Of a stretch of 64,000 bases of DNA, positions 37,644 to 47,192 are shown piece after piece. The notes under the pieces were generated by a model. It was not told the DNA's origin, ran no database searches, and saw nothing but the letters and a program-made list of their open reading frames with translations. The stretch lies in the sequence record LR756500.1; one strand, written 5' to 3'. Numbering within the stretch: position 1 is the stretch's first letter; each line of letters opens with the position of its first letter. The translations under genes and the position numbers were made by a program.

Positions 37644-37941
37644 CTGCTATTTTATATCTTGAAATTAATTTTTTATTTGGTAATACACAATCTTCAATTA
37701 TAGCCGGTTCTCGTGTAGGAATAAACCAAGGAACCCATACATGTCCAGGTGTTTTTTCTTCAACGCTCATTTGCCAATCATTATATTCTTCATTTAAAAA
37801 TATATTTATTTTTTCTATTTTATCTGAATATGTTTTTTTACAATATTCTATAAAATCTTTAACAATAGGTTCTTGTACAAATATAAGATTTCCTTTAGGT
37901 AATTTAGGTAATTTTTCCATTTTATTAAAATAAATCTTCAA
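37630..37941 (-). CDS. Hypothetical protein
   Basis: 103-aa ORF. Confidence 0.55.
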   Translation of the reverse strand: MKIYFNKMEKLPKLPKGNLIFVQEPIVKDFIEYCKKTYSDKIEKINIFLNEEYNDWQMSVEEKTPGHVWVPWFIPTREPAIIEDCVLPNKKLISRYKIADGKK

Positions 37942-39181
37942 TTATATTATCTACCGATTTTGATTCAACTTTATTTTTTTTAGACTTTAAAGTTTTAATA
38001 CTTTTTGTAACATCATGCACTTTATGTAATTCAATTTGAATTGGTGTAACTTTATATTTTTCTTTATTGTCTCGTAATATATTAACCAATTCTTTAGAAT
38101 ATTCTTTATCATTAAAATTAACTGCTTTAAACTGTTCTTCTATTATTTGTTTTCTCATAGAAGGATTACTCTTTATAGCTTTTATTCTTTTTTCTACATC
38201 TTCTCTATTAGATACATAATTAAATTTTTGGCAAATATCTGAATGACCAAATACACGTTTAGTAGGATCTAATTCAATATCAATTAAAGTTATAACAGAA
38301 GCCCATATACTTTGATAACATCTCTGAGGCATATCTCTTCCTTCATACCACTCATCGCCTATAACAACATGAGTATATGTATCATTAGATTTTTCCATAT
38401 AATCTTTAGCATCAACTGACTTTCCATAAATAGGAGGTCTGGGATTACCATTTTTAGAAGCAATATTTAATAAATCTTCTGAATTTATTTTTCCAAACAT
38501 TTCAACATTTATACTATCAGAATATCCAAAATAATATTTAACCATTTTTTTAATTCTTCTATTACCTCGCATTGTCCCTCCATATATTAAATCATAATTT
38601 GGTTTATCATTCATGGATAACGGATTATCAAGACATGGAAATTTTTCGAATGGAAAATGAATAACATCTGCTACTTGTATTTCTGTTTTAGAAATAACTT
38701 CTCTAACATCATCTAATTTATATGGCTGTGAAATATATATTATATCATTTCGTGTTATTTCAATATCTTCTTGTTTATAATTAGAACTCCATTCTTTTCC
38801 TTTAATTGATCCCCAAGTTTGTCTTAATACTAATGCTGGATCACAATAAATATAATAAATTTGACCGACAAATTTATTAATAATGAAATAATTTAAAATT
38901 TGATCCCTAGATTCAGCACCACCAAAATAATTTATGGTTCCGTTCAATATAATTAATGCATCATATTTTCTATCATTAATTTTATCAAAATTATCTTCAA
39001 TATTATAAAAATTAAATGTATTTGGATTATTATCTTTTGCTAAAATTTTTGTATAAATATCTATTTTTGCCCCACCTCTATGTAGAGTTTCAATTATATA
39101 TCTAGCCTCATAATTTCCACCAGATGTATCTCTAGCATCCCATGCTATCCTAGAACCTATTTTAATTACTGCTATTTTCAT
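37925..39181 (-). CDS. bgt: T4-type DNA beta-glucosyltransferase homolog
   Basis: MKIAVI, YDALIILNGTINYFGG (T4: YDRLIVVNSSINFFGG), IYYIYCDP.L.L.Q.W..IK.K.W, LIYGGTMRG..R.KKM..Y.F (T4: VIYGGSFRSG.RE.KM..FLF). Confidence 0.85.
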   Translation of the reverse strand: MKIAVIKIGSRIAWDARDTSGGNYEARYIIETLHRGGAKIDIYTKILAKDNNPNTFNFYNIEDNFDKINDRKYDALIILNGTINYFGGAESRDQILNYFIINKFVGQIYYIYCDPALVLRQTWGSIKGKEWSSNYKQEDIEITRNDIIYISQPYKLDDVREVISKTEIQVADVIHFPFEKFPCLDNPLSMNDKPNYDLIYGGTMRGNRRIKKMVKYYFGYSDSINVEMFGKINSEDLLNIASKNGNPRPPIYGKSVDAKDYMEKSNDTYTHVVIGDEWYEGRDMPQRCYQSIWASVITLIDIELDPTKRVFGHSDICQKFNYVSNREDVEKRIKAIKSNPSMRKQIIEEQFKAVNFNDKEYSKELVNILRDNKEKYKVTPIQIELHKVHDVTKSIKTLKSKKNKVESKSVDNIIEDLF

Positions 39182-39467
39182 ATCTCATTACTTGTTCAAG
39201 TCTACCAAATATTAAATCTACAAATTTATGTGTTGTAGTATCTCTATCATATATTATTTTTGCACCTAATAAATTCATATCGATAATTTGTGGTACATTA
39301 TTAGTTTCATCACAAATAACATCAATATTTTCGTGATTAATTAAAAATATTCCCTTTAAAATTAAAGCAAATCCTTCTCTAAATTCAGCAGTATTAAAAT
39401 AATGAGGATTATTCATTAATTCAGAGTTAACTTTACTATAAATATTTGACACTAATTCTTTTTTCAT
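39162..39467 (-). CDS. Hypothetical protein
   Basis: 101-aa ORF. Confidence 0.55.
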   Translation of the reverse strand: MKKELVSNIYSKVNSELMNNPHYFNTAEFREGFALILKGIFLINHENIDVICDETNNVPQIIDMNLLGAKIIYDRDTTTHKFVDLIFGRLEQVMRYENSSN

Positions 39468-39524
39468 TATATTCTTATTTTATTATTCAGACCTATCTCA
39501 AACTATATTAAATTTAAGATCTAA

Positions 39525-39740
39525 TTATTTGTTAAGTTGGAAGATTCTTGATAGATATTCTTTACTTAAAGTTTCAGCATCTTTTAGTTTACTAAACATT
39601 TCTTCTCTGACATCTTTCAAAGTCCTATCATTTGTTTCAAAACGCGATTGTAGGAAAGTATGAAAATTTATTTTATCTTCATCAGATAATTTATCGTATA
39701 TTTTTTTAATTGCTTCTAAATATGTTAATTTATTTTGCAA
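39525..39740 (-). CDS. Hypothetical protein
   Basis: 71-aa ORF; similar to its neighbour (IY.KLS..DKI.F). Confidence 0.5.
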   Translation of the reverse strand: MQNKLTYLEAIKKIYDKLSDEDKINFHTFLQSRFETNDRTLKDVREEMFSKLKDAETLSKEYLSRIFQLNK

Positions 39741-39949
39741 ATTTGTTTTGTTAAAAATTCAACATTAAAATAAGGTTCTTCTTTATCATTTTTTAATTTT
39801 AATAAATCATTAATAATATCTAATCTTTCATTAATTAATTCTAGATTTTCAACTTCTTGACTTCGTTTAATAAAAAAACCAAATTTTATTTTATCTCTAT
39901 GACTTAATGATTTATATAAATCTTTTATGTCTTCTAATTTATTTTCCAT
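39725..39949 (-). CDS. Hypothetical protein
   Basis: 74-aa ORF (LYKSLS..DKIKF). Confidence 0.5.
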   Translation of the reverse strand: MENKLEDIKDLYKSLSHRDKIKFGFFIKRSQEVENLELINERLDIINDLLKLKNDKEEPYFNVEFLTKQICKIN

Positions 39950-40100
39950 TTTTATCCTCCGTATTTTGTAATTTTTGTTTTAATTCTATTAAAATTTTAT
40001 ATTGATCGTCTGACCAAATTTGAACTTTCTTTTTATTAAAACCTTCATTTTCATCATTTCTATTTCGATCATTATTAGATCTTTCTTTAGTATTTTCCAT

Positions 40101-40604
40101 TTAAAAAATTTTGTTTTGTTTTATTTTATTATTGTTTTTATTATCTAAATATATTATATCTATATCAAAAGGTGATACATAATATTTATTTATTTTATAA
40201 TCAGCATATTTAACTTTGTTTATTTGATAATATATTTTAATATTTGAATTATTTTCTAATGTATACCAAATATATTTAACAGATTTATTATTTAATCTGA
40301 ATTCTTGTCTTTCTTTTATTTTTAAATGATTTTTATCGAATTCAATATATGGTCCATGATCACCTATAACTATTCTATTATATCCTATTACAAAAACTTC
40401 TTTGTTAAAAATTAATAAATTATTTTCAGAAATATTTTGAAATTTATAATATTTATCTAAATATTTTTTATAAATATTTCTTATTATTTGACTATCAATA
40501 TTATCTAAACAATTATAATTTCCTCTATTAATATTTTCCCAATAAAAATTCCAAACTTCTAATTCTTTATTATCTTTAATTTCTTTTAATATAAAATTAT
40601 ACAT
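40101..40604 (-). CDS. Conserved hypothetical protein
   Basis: GYNRIVIGDHGPYIEF, KY.WY, V.YADYK...YYVSP. Confidence 0.65.
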   Translation of the reverse strand: MYNFILKEIKDNKELEVWNFYWENINRGNYNCLDNIDSQIIRNIYKKYLDKYYKFQNISENNLLIFNKEVFVIGYNRIVIGDHGPYIEFDKNHLKIKERQEFRLNNKSVKYIWYTLENNSNIKIYYQINKVKYADYKINKYYVSPFDIDIIYLDNKNNNKIKQNKIF

Positions 40605-41478
40605 TACTTTTTATATTTGTATAAATCCAATTAAATAATTTATCTTCACTTATAAATAATTTATCTTCTAATATACATGAAGTTAAATATTTAAATACAG
40701 AACTCATTTTACCTTTATTATCTATTATATTTAAATCTATTAATGGTAATTCTAAAGGTACAAAAGGATGCGCTAACATTTCATTAATGAGTTCAAAATT
40801 TCGTTGATATATGTGAAGTGAATTATCTATATGTGTATATTTTCCAAGTTGTAAATCATGATATTTATCTTCCTTAAGAAGTTTAAACATTTGTTGATGT
40901 AATAAAGTAAAAAACGCTATATCAGTTGGTAAACCTAATATAGCATCGTTTGACCGCATTTCAACAGTAAAATCTAATTTATTATCTCTAATATGAAATA
41001 TACCTGTTAGTGTACATACAAAATCTTTATTACCTTCAAATTGATGATCTGGTGTATTAAAATGCATTATAGCTTGTCTTGTATCTTTATCAGATATTAA
41101 TGAATCATAAGCCCATTCCCATTGATTTTTATTATGTTCATTTACTCTATTAAATAATAAATATCCATAAGCACTATTAACAGTTAATCCATCAGGATTA
41201 ACTATTTGATTCCAAAATTTTGCGTATTTTGATATAAATTCTATAGTATTATAACCATTAAAATACCATATTAATTCCGCGGAAATATATTGTAATTGAC
41301 TGCCTCTTCTTTCATTTTTATATAATGCTGACAATGGATTTGTTATTTCAATAGATACATTAATATCTTCATTTACATTTTGACCTCTTGGAGATGTAAT
41401 ATATTGAGGATTATAATACAAATCAACTAATATTTTTTTATATGCTAAAGCAAATGTCTGTTCAGTATAAGTTTTCAT
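40597..41478 (-). CDS. Thymidylate-synthase-family enzyme, dCMP hydroxymethylase (T4 gp42)-like
   Basis: EL.WY, VNSAYG (gp42 INSNYG), DTRQAI, DFVCT, MRSNDAILGLPTD with Asp at the dCMP-specificity position (gp42 MRSNDVVFGFRND), SLHIY. Confidence 0.85.
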   Translation of the reverse strand: MKTYTEQTFALAYKKILVDLYYNPQYITSPRGQNVNEDINVSIEITNPLSALYKNERRGSQLQYISAELIWYFNGYNTIEFISKYAKFWNQIVNPDGLTVNSAYGYLLFNRVNEHNKNQWEWAYDSLISDKDTRQAIMHFNTPDHQFEGNKDFVCTLTGIFHIRDNKLDFTVEMRSNDAILGLPTDIAFFTLLHQQMFKLLKEDKYHDLQLGKYTHIDNSLHIYQRNFELINEMLAHPFVPLELPLIDLNIIDNKGKMSSVFKYLTSCILEDKLFISEDKLFNWIYTNIKSNV

Positions 41479-42114
41479 TACTGATTAGCTTTTAATATTA
41501 TATTTTTTATTTGATTATTAATTTCTTCAGGTGTATGATTAGAAACATTTATAAGATATTTATGATAAATTTTACTTTTATTAAAAGCTTCTTCAAATGC
41601 TTCTTTTTCTATTTTAACTTCTTCTACATTTTTATAAAATGATAAACCATCATCTCTTTTAAGAATTGTTTCTGGATCATTTACAAATACAAACATAAAT
41701 AAATTATCTTTTAATTCATTTACATATTGTTTTTCTATATCTAAAATATAATCACCAGAATATTTTCTATATAAAGGAGCATATACCAATTCTCCTAAAT
41801 GACTCCTATCAAAAATATAATTATAAGAATTATTAGAAAACAAATCTGATGACATTTTATTATTTATACTTTCTATCATCATTGTAAACATTTGATTGTA
41901 TAAAGTAGTAGAATAATTTATATGTTCTTCGTCTTTATTGAAAGGTAATCCACTATAATGAAATGTTTGAAATACATTTCCTTTTCCTAAAATATCAGAA
42001 GCTTGTATAAGTTTTATTTGAGTTCCTTTACCTGTATTGTACTCAGTCTGGCCCTTCCATAATAATATGCAATGGAAGGGCCAGATTTTTAATTTTATTT
42101 TTTATTTTGTTCAT
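41478..42114 (-). CDS. tmk: Thymidylate/dNMP kinase interrupted by a 7-nt insert containing TGA in the P-loop
   Basis: IIMEGPD-[TGAGTAC]-NTGKGTQ; downstream frame open through DRSHLGELVY. Confidence 0.7.
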
Positions 42115-42140
42115 ATTTTAAATATTTTTCTTGTGTTATT

Positions 42141-42758
42141 TTATCGAATATTATTAATTTCTGCTTTATTATCAATAAAGGATTCTATAGTACCCTTATT
42201 TTTTTCTTCTTTAACGTTTTCTTCTACTAAAATTAAGTCTCTATAATTAGGATATCTTTTAATTAAAATTTCTAACATTTTAATATCATTATGTTCTCTT
42301 ATTTCTTCTGATTTTAATTTTTTTATTTTTTCTTCTTCAATATGAGCTAACTCAACCTCTTTTCTAAGAAGTTCTATAACTTTCCAATCTTTATGTGTTT
42401 TAATTAAAACATCTGCATTTTCATGATTATGAATTAATTCAATATTAAAATAAAGTTCTTTAATATTAGAATTTAAAGTATTATAACTTGATTGTAATGG
42501 TAAAAATTGTGATAAATATTTATTAATATCTATATCAGCATATAAATCTATATTTAATTCATTAATTACATTATATTTAATAATATAAAAAGAATATTCA
42601 TAATAAGCTAATTTATTTTGGTTTTCTATTTCAGTTAATAAAATATTAATAATTTCTTCAACATTTGAACCTTTTATTACAATTTCATTATCATAAAATT
42701 TAGTATATCCTTTTAATTGAAATTCACTCTTGTAATTTAATGCTAATTTATTTTCCAT
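42141..42758 (-). CDS. Hypothetical protein
   Basis: 205-aa ORF. Confidence 0.65.
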   Translation of the reverse strand: MENKLALNYKSEFQLKGYTKFYDNEIVIKGSNVEEIINILLTEIENQNKLAYYEYSFYIIKYNVINELNIDLYADIDINKYLSQFLPLQSSYNTLNSNIKELYFNIELIHNHENADVLIKTHKDWKVIELLRKEVELAHIEEEKIKKLKSEEIREHNDIKMLEILIKRYPNYRDLILVEENVKEEKNKGTIESFIDNKAEINNIR

Positions 42759-42805
42759 AATTTTTATTAATTTTATTATATTATATGCACAATATTATAT
42801 TTTGT

Positions 42806-43099
42806 TTAAATTTTATTAAATAATTTTTCAATTATTAATTCCGTTTCTTTTATATCGTCTTCAGTAGGTATAGGAACAATATTAACTTCAAAGATTGGAC
42901 CTTTTTCTACTTTTCCATTATCTATTATTTTGCCCATCGCTCTTAATGATATATTTAAAGTTTGTCCAAATTTTTCCTTTATTTCATTAAACAATGAGTT
43001 GTTAGTAATTTTAAAATTTATTAGTGTATTATTACTTTCATCAAATTCAGTCCAGCCGACAATCTGTTCTATATATTTAACAGGTACTAATCCGTTCAT
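42806..43099 (-). CDS. Hypothetical, weakly like a degenerate prohead protease fragment
   Basis: ISLRAMG.I resembles the gp21 GxSSRG.G motif. Confidence 0.4.
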   Translation of the reverse strand: MNGLVPVKYIEQIVGWTEFDESNNTLINFKITNNSLFNEIKEKFGQTLNISLRAMGKIIDNGKVEKGPIFEVNIVPIPTEDDIKETELIIEKLFNKI

Positions 43100-43100
43100 C

Positions 43101-43847
43101 TTATTTTATATTATTGAAATAATTATTAATTTCATTTAATTCACTTTCAGTATTAAAACTTTTTGTTAAAAATTTATCATCTAATATTAATAAATGAGCA
43201 GGTTCATTTATATTCCATAAATAATGAACAATATCTAAAAATATTAATTCTTTATTTATATACTTTCCATTTTTATCTAAAACATTATGAGCAGTTAATA
43301 AATGATTATAAAAATTATTATTTATCACAAATATAGATTGATCGTGATATCCATCCGAAATTTTATCACCTCTTTTACTAAACATTGCTTGTTCTGCTTT
43401 ATTGTCTGAAAATTTAAACCATACATACGGATTTTTTTCATATATTACAGGTATAGTAAGACTAGTAGTAGTTTTAATATTTGATATATTTTCAAACAAT
43501 TCTTTATTTGAAAAATAAGTATCTCCCCAACAAATAGAAATATTATCATATACATTAGTATCTATAAATCCTAATGTTTCTAATATTGCATGCCCACAAC
43601 CTCTTCCTGATTTAATAGGTATTAAATGTATTTTATCATCTAAATCTATATAATTATGTATAACTTCTTTATAAAGATCAAAATTTGTATGATTAGAGGC
43701 AATTATAATTTGATCATAAAATTCATAAGCATTTTCTATAGTATGCAATAAATTTGGTTTACCGTTTATTAAAGATATCGCTTTAGGCAAATATCCCATT
43801 CTTGAACTGTCACCAGCCGCTATTATAAGTAATACTTTTTTATTCAT
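43101..43847 (-). CDS. NTP-transferase (nucleotidyltransferase, MobA/GlmU-like fold)
   Basis: LIIAAG.SSRMG.LPK, GCGHA, I.WGD, FNT..EL. Confidence 0.82.
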   Translation of the reverse strand: MNKKVLLIIAAGDSSRMGYLPKAISLINGKPNLLHTIENAYEFYDQIIIASNHTNFDLYKEVIHNYIDLDDKIHLIPIKSGRGCGHAILETLGFIDTNVYDNISICWGDTYFSNKELFENISNIKTTTSLTIPVIYEKNPYVWFKFSDNKAEQAMFSKRGDKISDGYHDQSIFVINNNFYNHLLTAHNVLDKNGKYINKELIFLDIVHYLWNINEPAHLLILDDKFLTKSFNTESELNEINNYFNNIK

Positions 43848-44244
43848 TAGTAATGAGATCGAATGTAAATATTTTTTTAAAAATTATTTCTTGTTCATTT
43901 TGTGTGCCTGTAGATCTAATTCCAACTCTTAAATCATCTAAAATTTCTTTTGCTATATTACCTTTAGGTGTTTTTAATATTTCTAAATTAACATAAATTT
44001 CATTATCATTTTCATAATAAATGTCTGTTATAAGATGAGATACATTAGCTAAAGAAATTTCAAATTCAGTAGGATTATATAATTCTCCTAATAATGTTTT
44101 ATTTTTAATTTTTTCTTTTAAGTGTTCTATATTTTGTTTTAGACTTTCCTTATTAACATTTACCCATCTAGGTTCTGTTAAATCTAATGCTAATGCTTTA
44201 TAAGCAATAGGAATTAATTTATATTTTTCTTTATTCATTTTCAA
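43840..44244 (-). CDS. Short gp21/S77 prohead protease paralog, probably inactive
   Basis: LLGELYNP, VSHLI, EIL.TP.G..AK, GIRSTG. Confidence 0.7.
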   Translation of the reverse strand: MKMNKEKYKLIPIAYKALALDLTEPRWVNVNKESLKQNIEHLKEKIKNKTLLGELYNPTEFEISLANVSHLITDIYYENDNEIYVNLEILKTPKGNIAKEILDDLRVGIRSTGTQNEQEIIFKKIFTFDLITNE

Positions 44245-44701
44245 TAATTAAATTTGTAAAATATCTTTTTTTAATTTCAAAAAAATTATTTTTAGAATTT
44301 GAATATTTTTTTACAGTATCTTTATCACAATATCCAGCAAATATAATATTTATTTCATTATGTGATATATTTTCAATTTGCATTAATGCAATATAATCAA
44401 ATGTTAATTTTTTAAAATAAACATTATCGTGATATGTAGCTCTATTTGTTTTAACATCTATTTTAAATCCAGCATGTATAAAATCATATCCACCATCACC
44501 TTTAACATTATTAGTATAATTTATTTCTGATACTTTATCTTCAAATAATTTTTTATACGCTAATTCACCTAATTTGCCTATAATAATATCTTTCTTAACT
44601 TTTCGTTTTTCTCTATATTGAGCATTATGATTATTGAAAGATTTATTTGCAAATTCAAATAAATCTTTCAATTCATTTCGTTTTATTTGTATTTTTATCA
44701 T
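44231..44701 (-). CDS. Restriction-endonuclease-like PD-(D/E)xK protein
   Basis: G.LGE.A, DGGYDF...G.KIDVKT. Confidence 0.65.
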   Translation of the reverse strand: MIKIQIKRNELKDLFEFANKSFNNHNAQYREKRKVKKDIIIGKLGELAYKKLFEDKVSEINYTNNVKGDGGYDFIHAGFKIDVKTNRATYHDNVYFKKLTFDYIALMQIENISHNEINIIFAGYCDKDTVKKYSNSKNNFFEIKKRYFTNLIIENE

Positions 44702-45077
44702 AATTGCTTTTAAATAATTCTATAAATTCAGGATAAAACCATCCTTTAAAATTTTTATCTTTTTCTAATTTTAAAATAAAATCATAAGACTCTTTAGATC
44801 CTATTTGTACATGTAATGTTTTAAGTTCTCTTTCACTTTCACGAAGTTTAATATGATCATTAGAAAAATTTCTAGCAATTTTATAAATATCTTTTGGATC
44901 AGGAGCATTATCAGGATTATGAACACGCTTCCAAATGAGATTATGAATATAAGCACTTGCTGTTTTAGTATGATAATCTGTTTTAACTTCTTCTGAATAT
45001 TCACGTTTAACAATATAATAGTATTGTAATTCTCCTATTGCTCCATCTTGTAATTCAAAAAATCCATCTTCTATCAT
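44673..45077 (-). CDS. Hypothetical protein
   Basis: 134-aa ORF. Confidence 0.55.
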   Translation of the reverse strand: MIEDGFFELQDGAIGELQYYYIVKREYSEEVKTDYHTKTASAYIHNLIWKRVHNPDNAPDPKDIYKIARNFSNDHIKLRESERELKTLHVQIGSKESYDFILKLEKDKNFKGWFYPEFIELFKSNYDKNTNKTK

Positions 45078-45078
45078 T

Positions 45079-46917
45079 TTACGAAATTAATTTTAAAAGT
45101 TTCAATGTATCATGTGGATTATTGACATCATATACAATAGTTGTTTTAACTTCTCTAAATACTGAATCGTTTCCTTTTTCTAATTCATCTCCGACGAATA
45201 AAATTGATGCGTCTTTAAATCTATTATATTCAAATATAACTAATTTACTATATCCTTTATGCATTATGTCTATAGTAGATCTTCCATTTAATTTAATTTC
45301 ATATTTATCTCCAATTAATACTTCTAAATCTTTCGCCTTTATTATTCTTTCATTTTCTTTAAATCGTCTAAATGAAATAATCACATTATTTCTATTTTCA
45401 AATTTATATACTGGTATATTACATTTAACTGCAGCATTATAAATTTCATTAATTTGATCATTTGTTAATACATATTTATTAGTTAAGTAATGCGAAAAAA
45501 TATATTCTCTTTTCTTATTATCCCATACACATTTACTATTTCCACCATCACAAAATAACTCGTTTTTATAATCACCAGAAGTATTACAATATTTTTTAAG
45601 TTGTTTATTAATGTGCTCAACAGAATTACCAGTTAAAATTGAAAATTCTGGATTTTTATATATTATTTCTAGATTATGTCTAGATTCGTTAATAAATGAA
45701 TCCTCGTATCTAGATACTAAAGTACCATCAAAATCAAATATAATTTTATCTTTATTAATTAATTCTGTATAATAATTTCTAATAATTATTTTGGCTAAAA
45801 GATCACCATTATGTACACTTGCAATAGTTAGAGAATAAGGATCATTAATAATATCTTCTGTTATAATATCATTAGTTAAAGCAGTTTCAATATATTTAAA
45901 AGAAGGATCAATTTTTCGCATACTTTCATGAGCATTAGAATTAACTATAGTTATTATGTCTTCTAATGGAAGATATTTATTTAGAATATGTTGCATTTGA
46001 CCAGCATTTATGCCTTTCATATCGCTATCTTGTACATTATTCATAATTAAAAATTTTAAAGCTTTTGATTCTTTAATAATTTTTTTGAAGTCTTTATGTT
46101 TATAAGTAGGTATTAAAGAGGACCACTGTGTACCAGGTCCAAAAGTTATGATATCTGCTTCTTTAATTTTTTCTAAAACTTCATTAGAAATTTCGGGAAT
46201 TACTTCTTCATTTTTATTATTTACCAATCTAATATCTACTATAGGATCATCTTCATTATCCCATTTAACAATAATTGCTTCATCTAATAGTAATTTACCA
46301 GATTTAGTAAATGCTTGTAAATATAAACTAACATCTGATATTAATAATACTCTATCTTCAAGTATTCTAAATACCTCTTTAGCCATTATCTTACCAGCAG
46401 TCGCTAATGAAAAATTATTCAATCCAGCTAAACCTGCATATATCATGTTAGCAATAGAAAAATTATTAAATGATATTAAATCTATATTCCTTTGAGAAAA
46501 GAAACTATCTACAGCAGGATTAATTATATTATCTAAAATATTTAAATTTAATGTTTTATCTTCTTCATTAAATGAACAATTATTAATAATTTCTTTTTTT
46601 ATTTCTAATAACATTTCATTAATATGATTAAAACTAGCATCTTTAGAATTTAAATCTATTCTTTTAAATAAAAAACCTTTAATTAAATTAGCAAGTGGAC
46701 TATTATCGATAAATCCATATGCGTATTCTTGATTTTTTCTTAAATCTGAAGGTCCTAATATTTTACCATCATAATTTTTTCTAACTTCTCCTGTTGATAA
46801 TCCATTATCATAACAATTAGTTATTAAAGTTAAAGTTAAATCTTTATCAAGAAGTCTATCTAATCCATTTTGTAGAGTTATTGTACCTCCACCACCTGTA
46901 AATGATACTATTTTCAT
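45079..46917 (-). CDS. CofD/YvcK-family transferase fused to a HAD-IIB phosphatase
   Basis: GGGG..L..GL, T.YDNG.STG..R, GPSDLRKN, ADII.FGPGT.WSSLIP; C-terminal FDFDGTL, LTGN, K, FVGDE..GND. Confidence 0.8.
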   Translation of the reverse strand: MKIVSFTGGGGTITLQNGLDRLLDKDLTLTLITNCYDNGLSTGEVRKNYDGKILGPSDLRKNQEYAYGFIDNSPLANLIKGFLFKRIDLNSKDASFNHINEMLLEIKKEIINNCSFNEEDKTLNLNILDNIINPAVDSFFSQRNIDLISFNNFSIANMIYAGLAGLNNFSLATAGKIMAKEVFRILEDRVLLISDVSLYLQAFTKSGKLLLDEAIIVKWDNEDDPIVDIRLVNNKNEEVIPEISNEVLEKIKEADIITFGPGTQWSSLIPTYKHKDFKKIIKESKALKFLIMNNVQDSDMKGINAGQMQHILNKYLPLEDIITIVNSNAHESMRKIDPSFKYIETALTNDIITEDIINDPYSLTIASVHNGDLLAKIIIRNYYTELINKDKIIFDFDGTLVSRYEDSFINESRHNLEIIYKNPEFSILTGNSVEHINKQLKKYCNTSGDYKNELFCDGGNSKCVWDNKKREYIFSHYLTNKYVLTNDQINEIYNAAVKCNIPVYKFENRNNVIISFRRFKENERIIKAKDLEVLIGDKYEIKLNGRSTIDIMHKGYSKLVIFEYNRFKDASILFVGDELEKGNDSVFREVKTTIVYDVNNPHDTLKLLKLIS

Positions 46918-47192
46918 TTTAAAATTGTTAAAATTATCATATTAATAATTGCGAATATAAACCAATACATTAAATATTCATTAGTATCCGAATTAAATTT
47001 TATACTAAATTCTTCTTGAGATATCTCTTTTATTATTTTATATCCCATATAATTATATTCTATATTATTTGAATCAATATAAACATTTTTATTATTACTA
47101 TTTTGAATAGCCTCATCTATTAATTTATCAGTTCCATTTATATTCAGATAATACTGATCTTTATTTTGTATTTTAATTTTTTTCATAATCAA
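46914..47192 (-). CDS. Small membrane-anchored protein
   Basis: C-terminal hydrophobic helix. Confidence 0.5.
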   Translation of the reverse strand: MIMKKIKIQNKDQYYLNINGTDKLIDEAIQNSNNKNVYIDSNNIEYNYMGYKIIKEISQEEFSIKFNSDTNEYLMYWFIFAIINMIILTILK

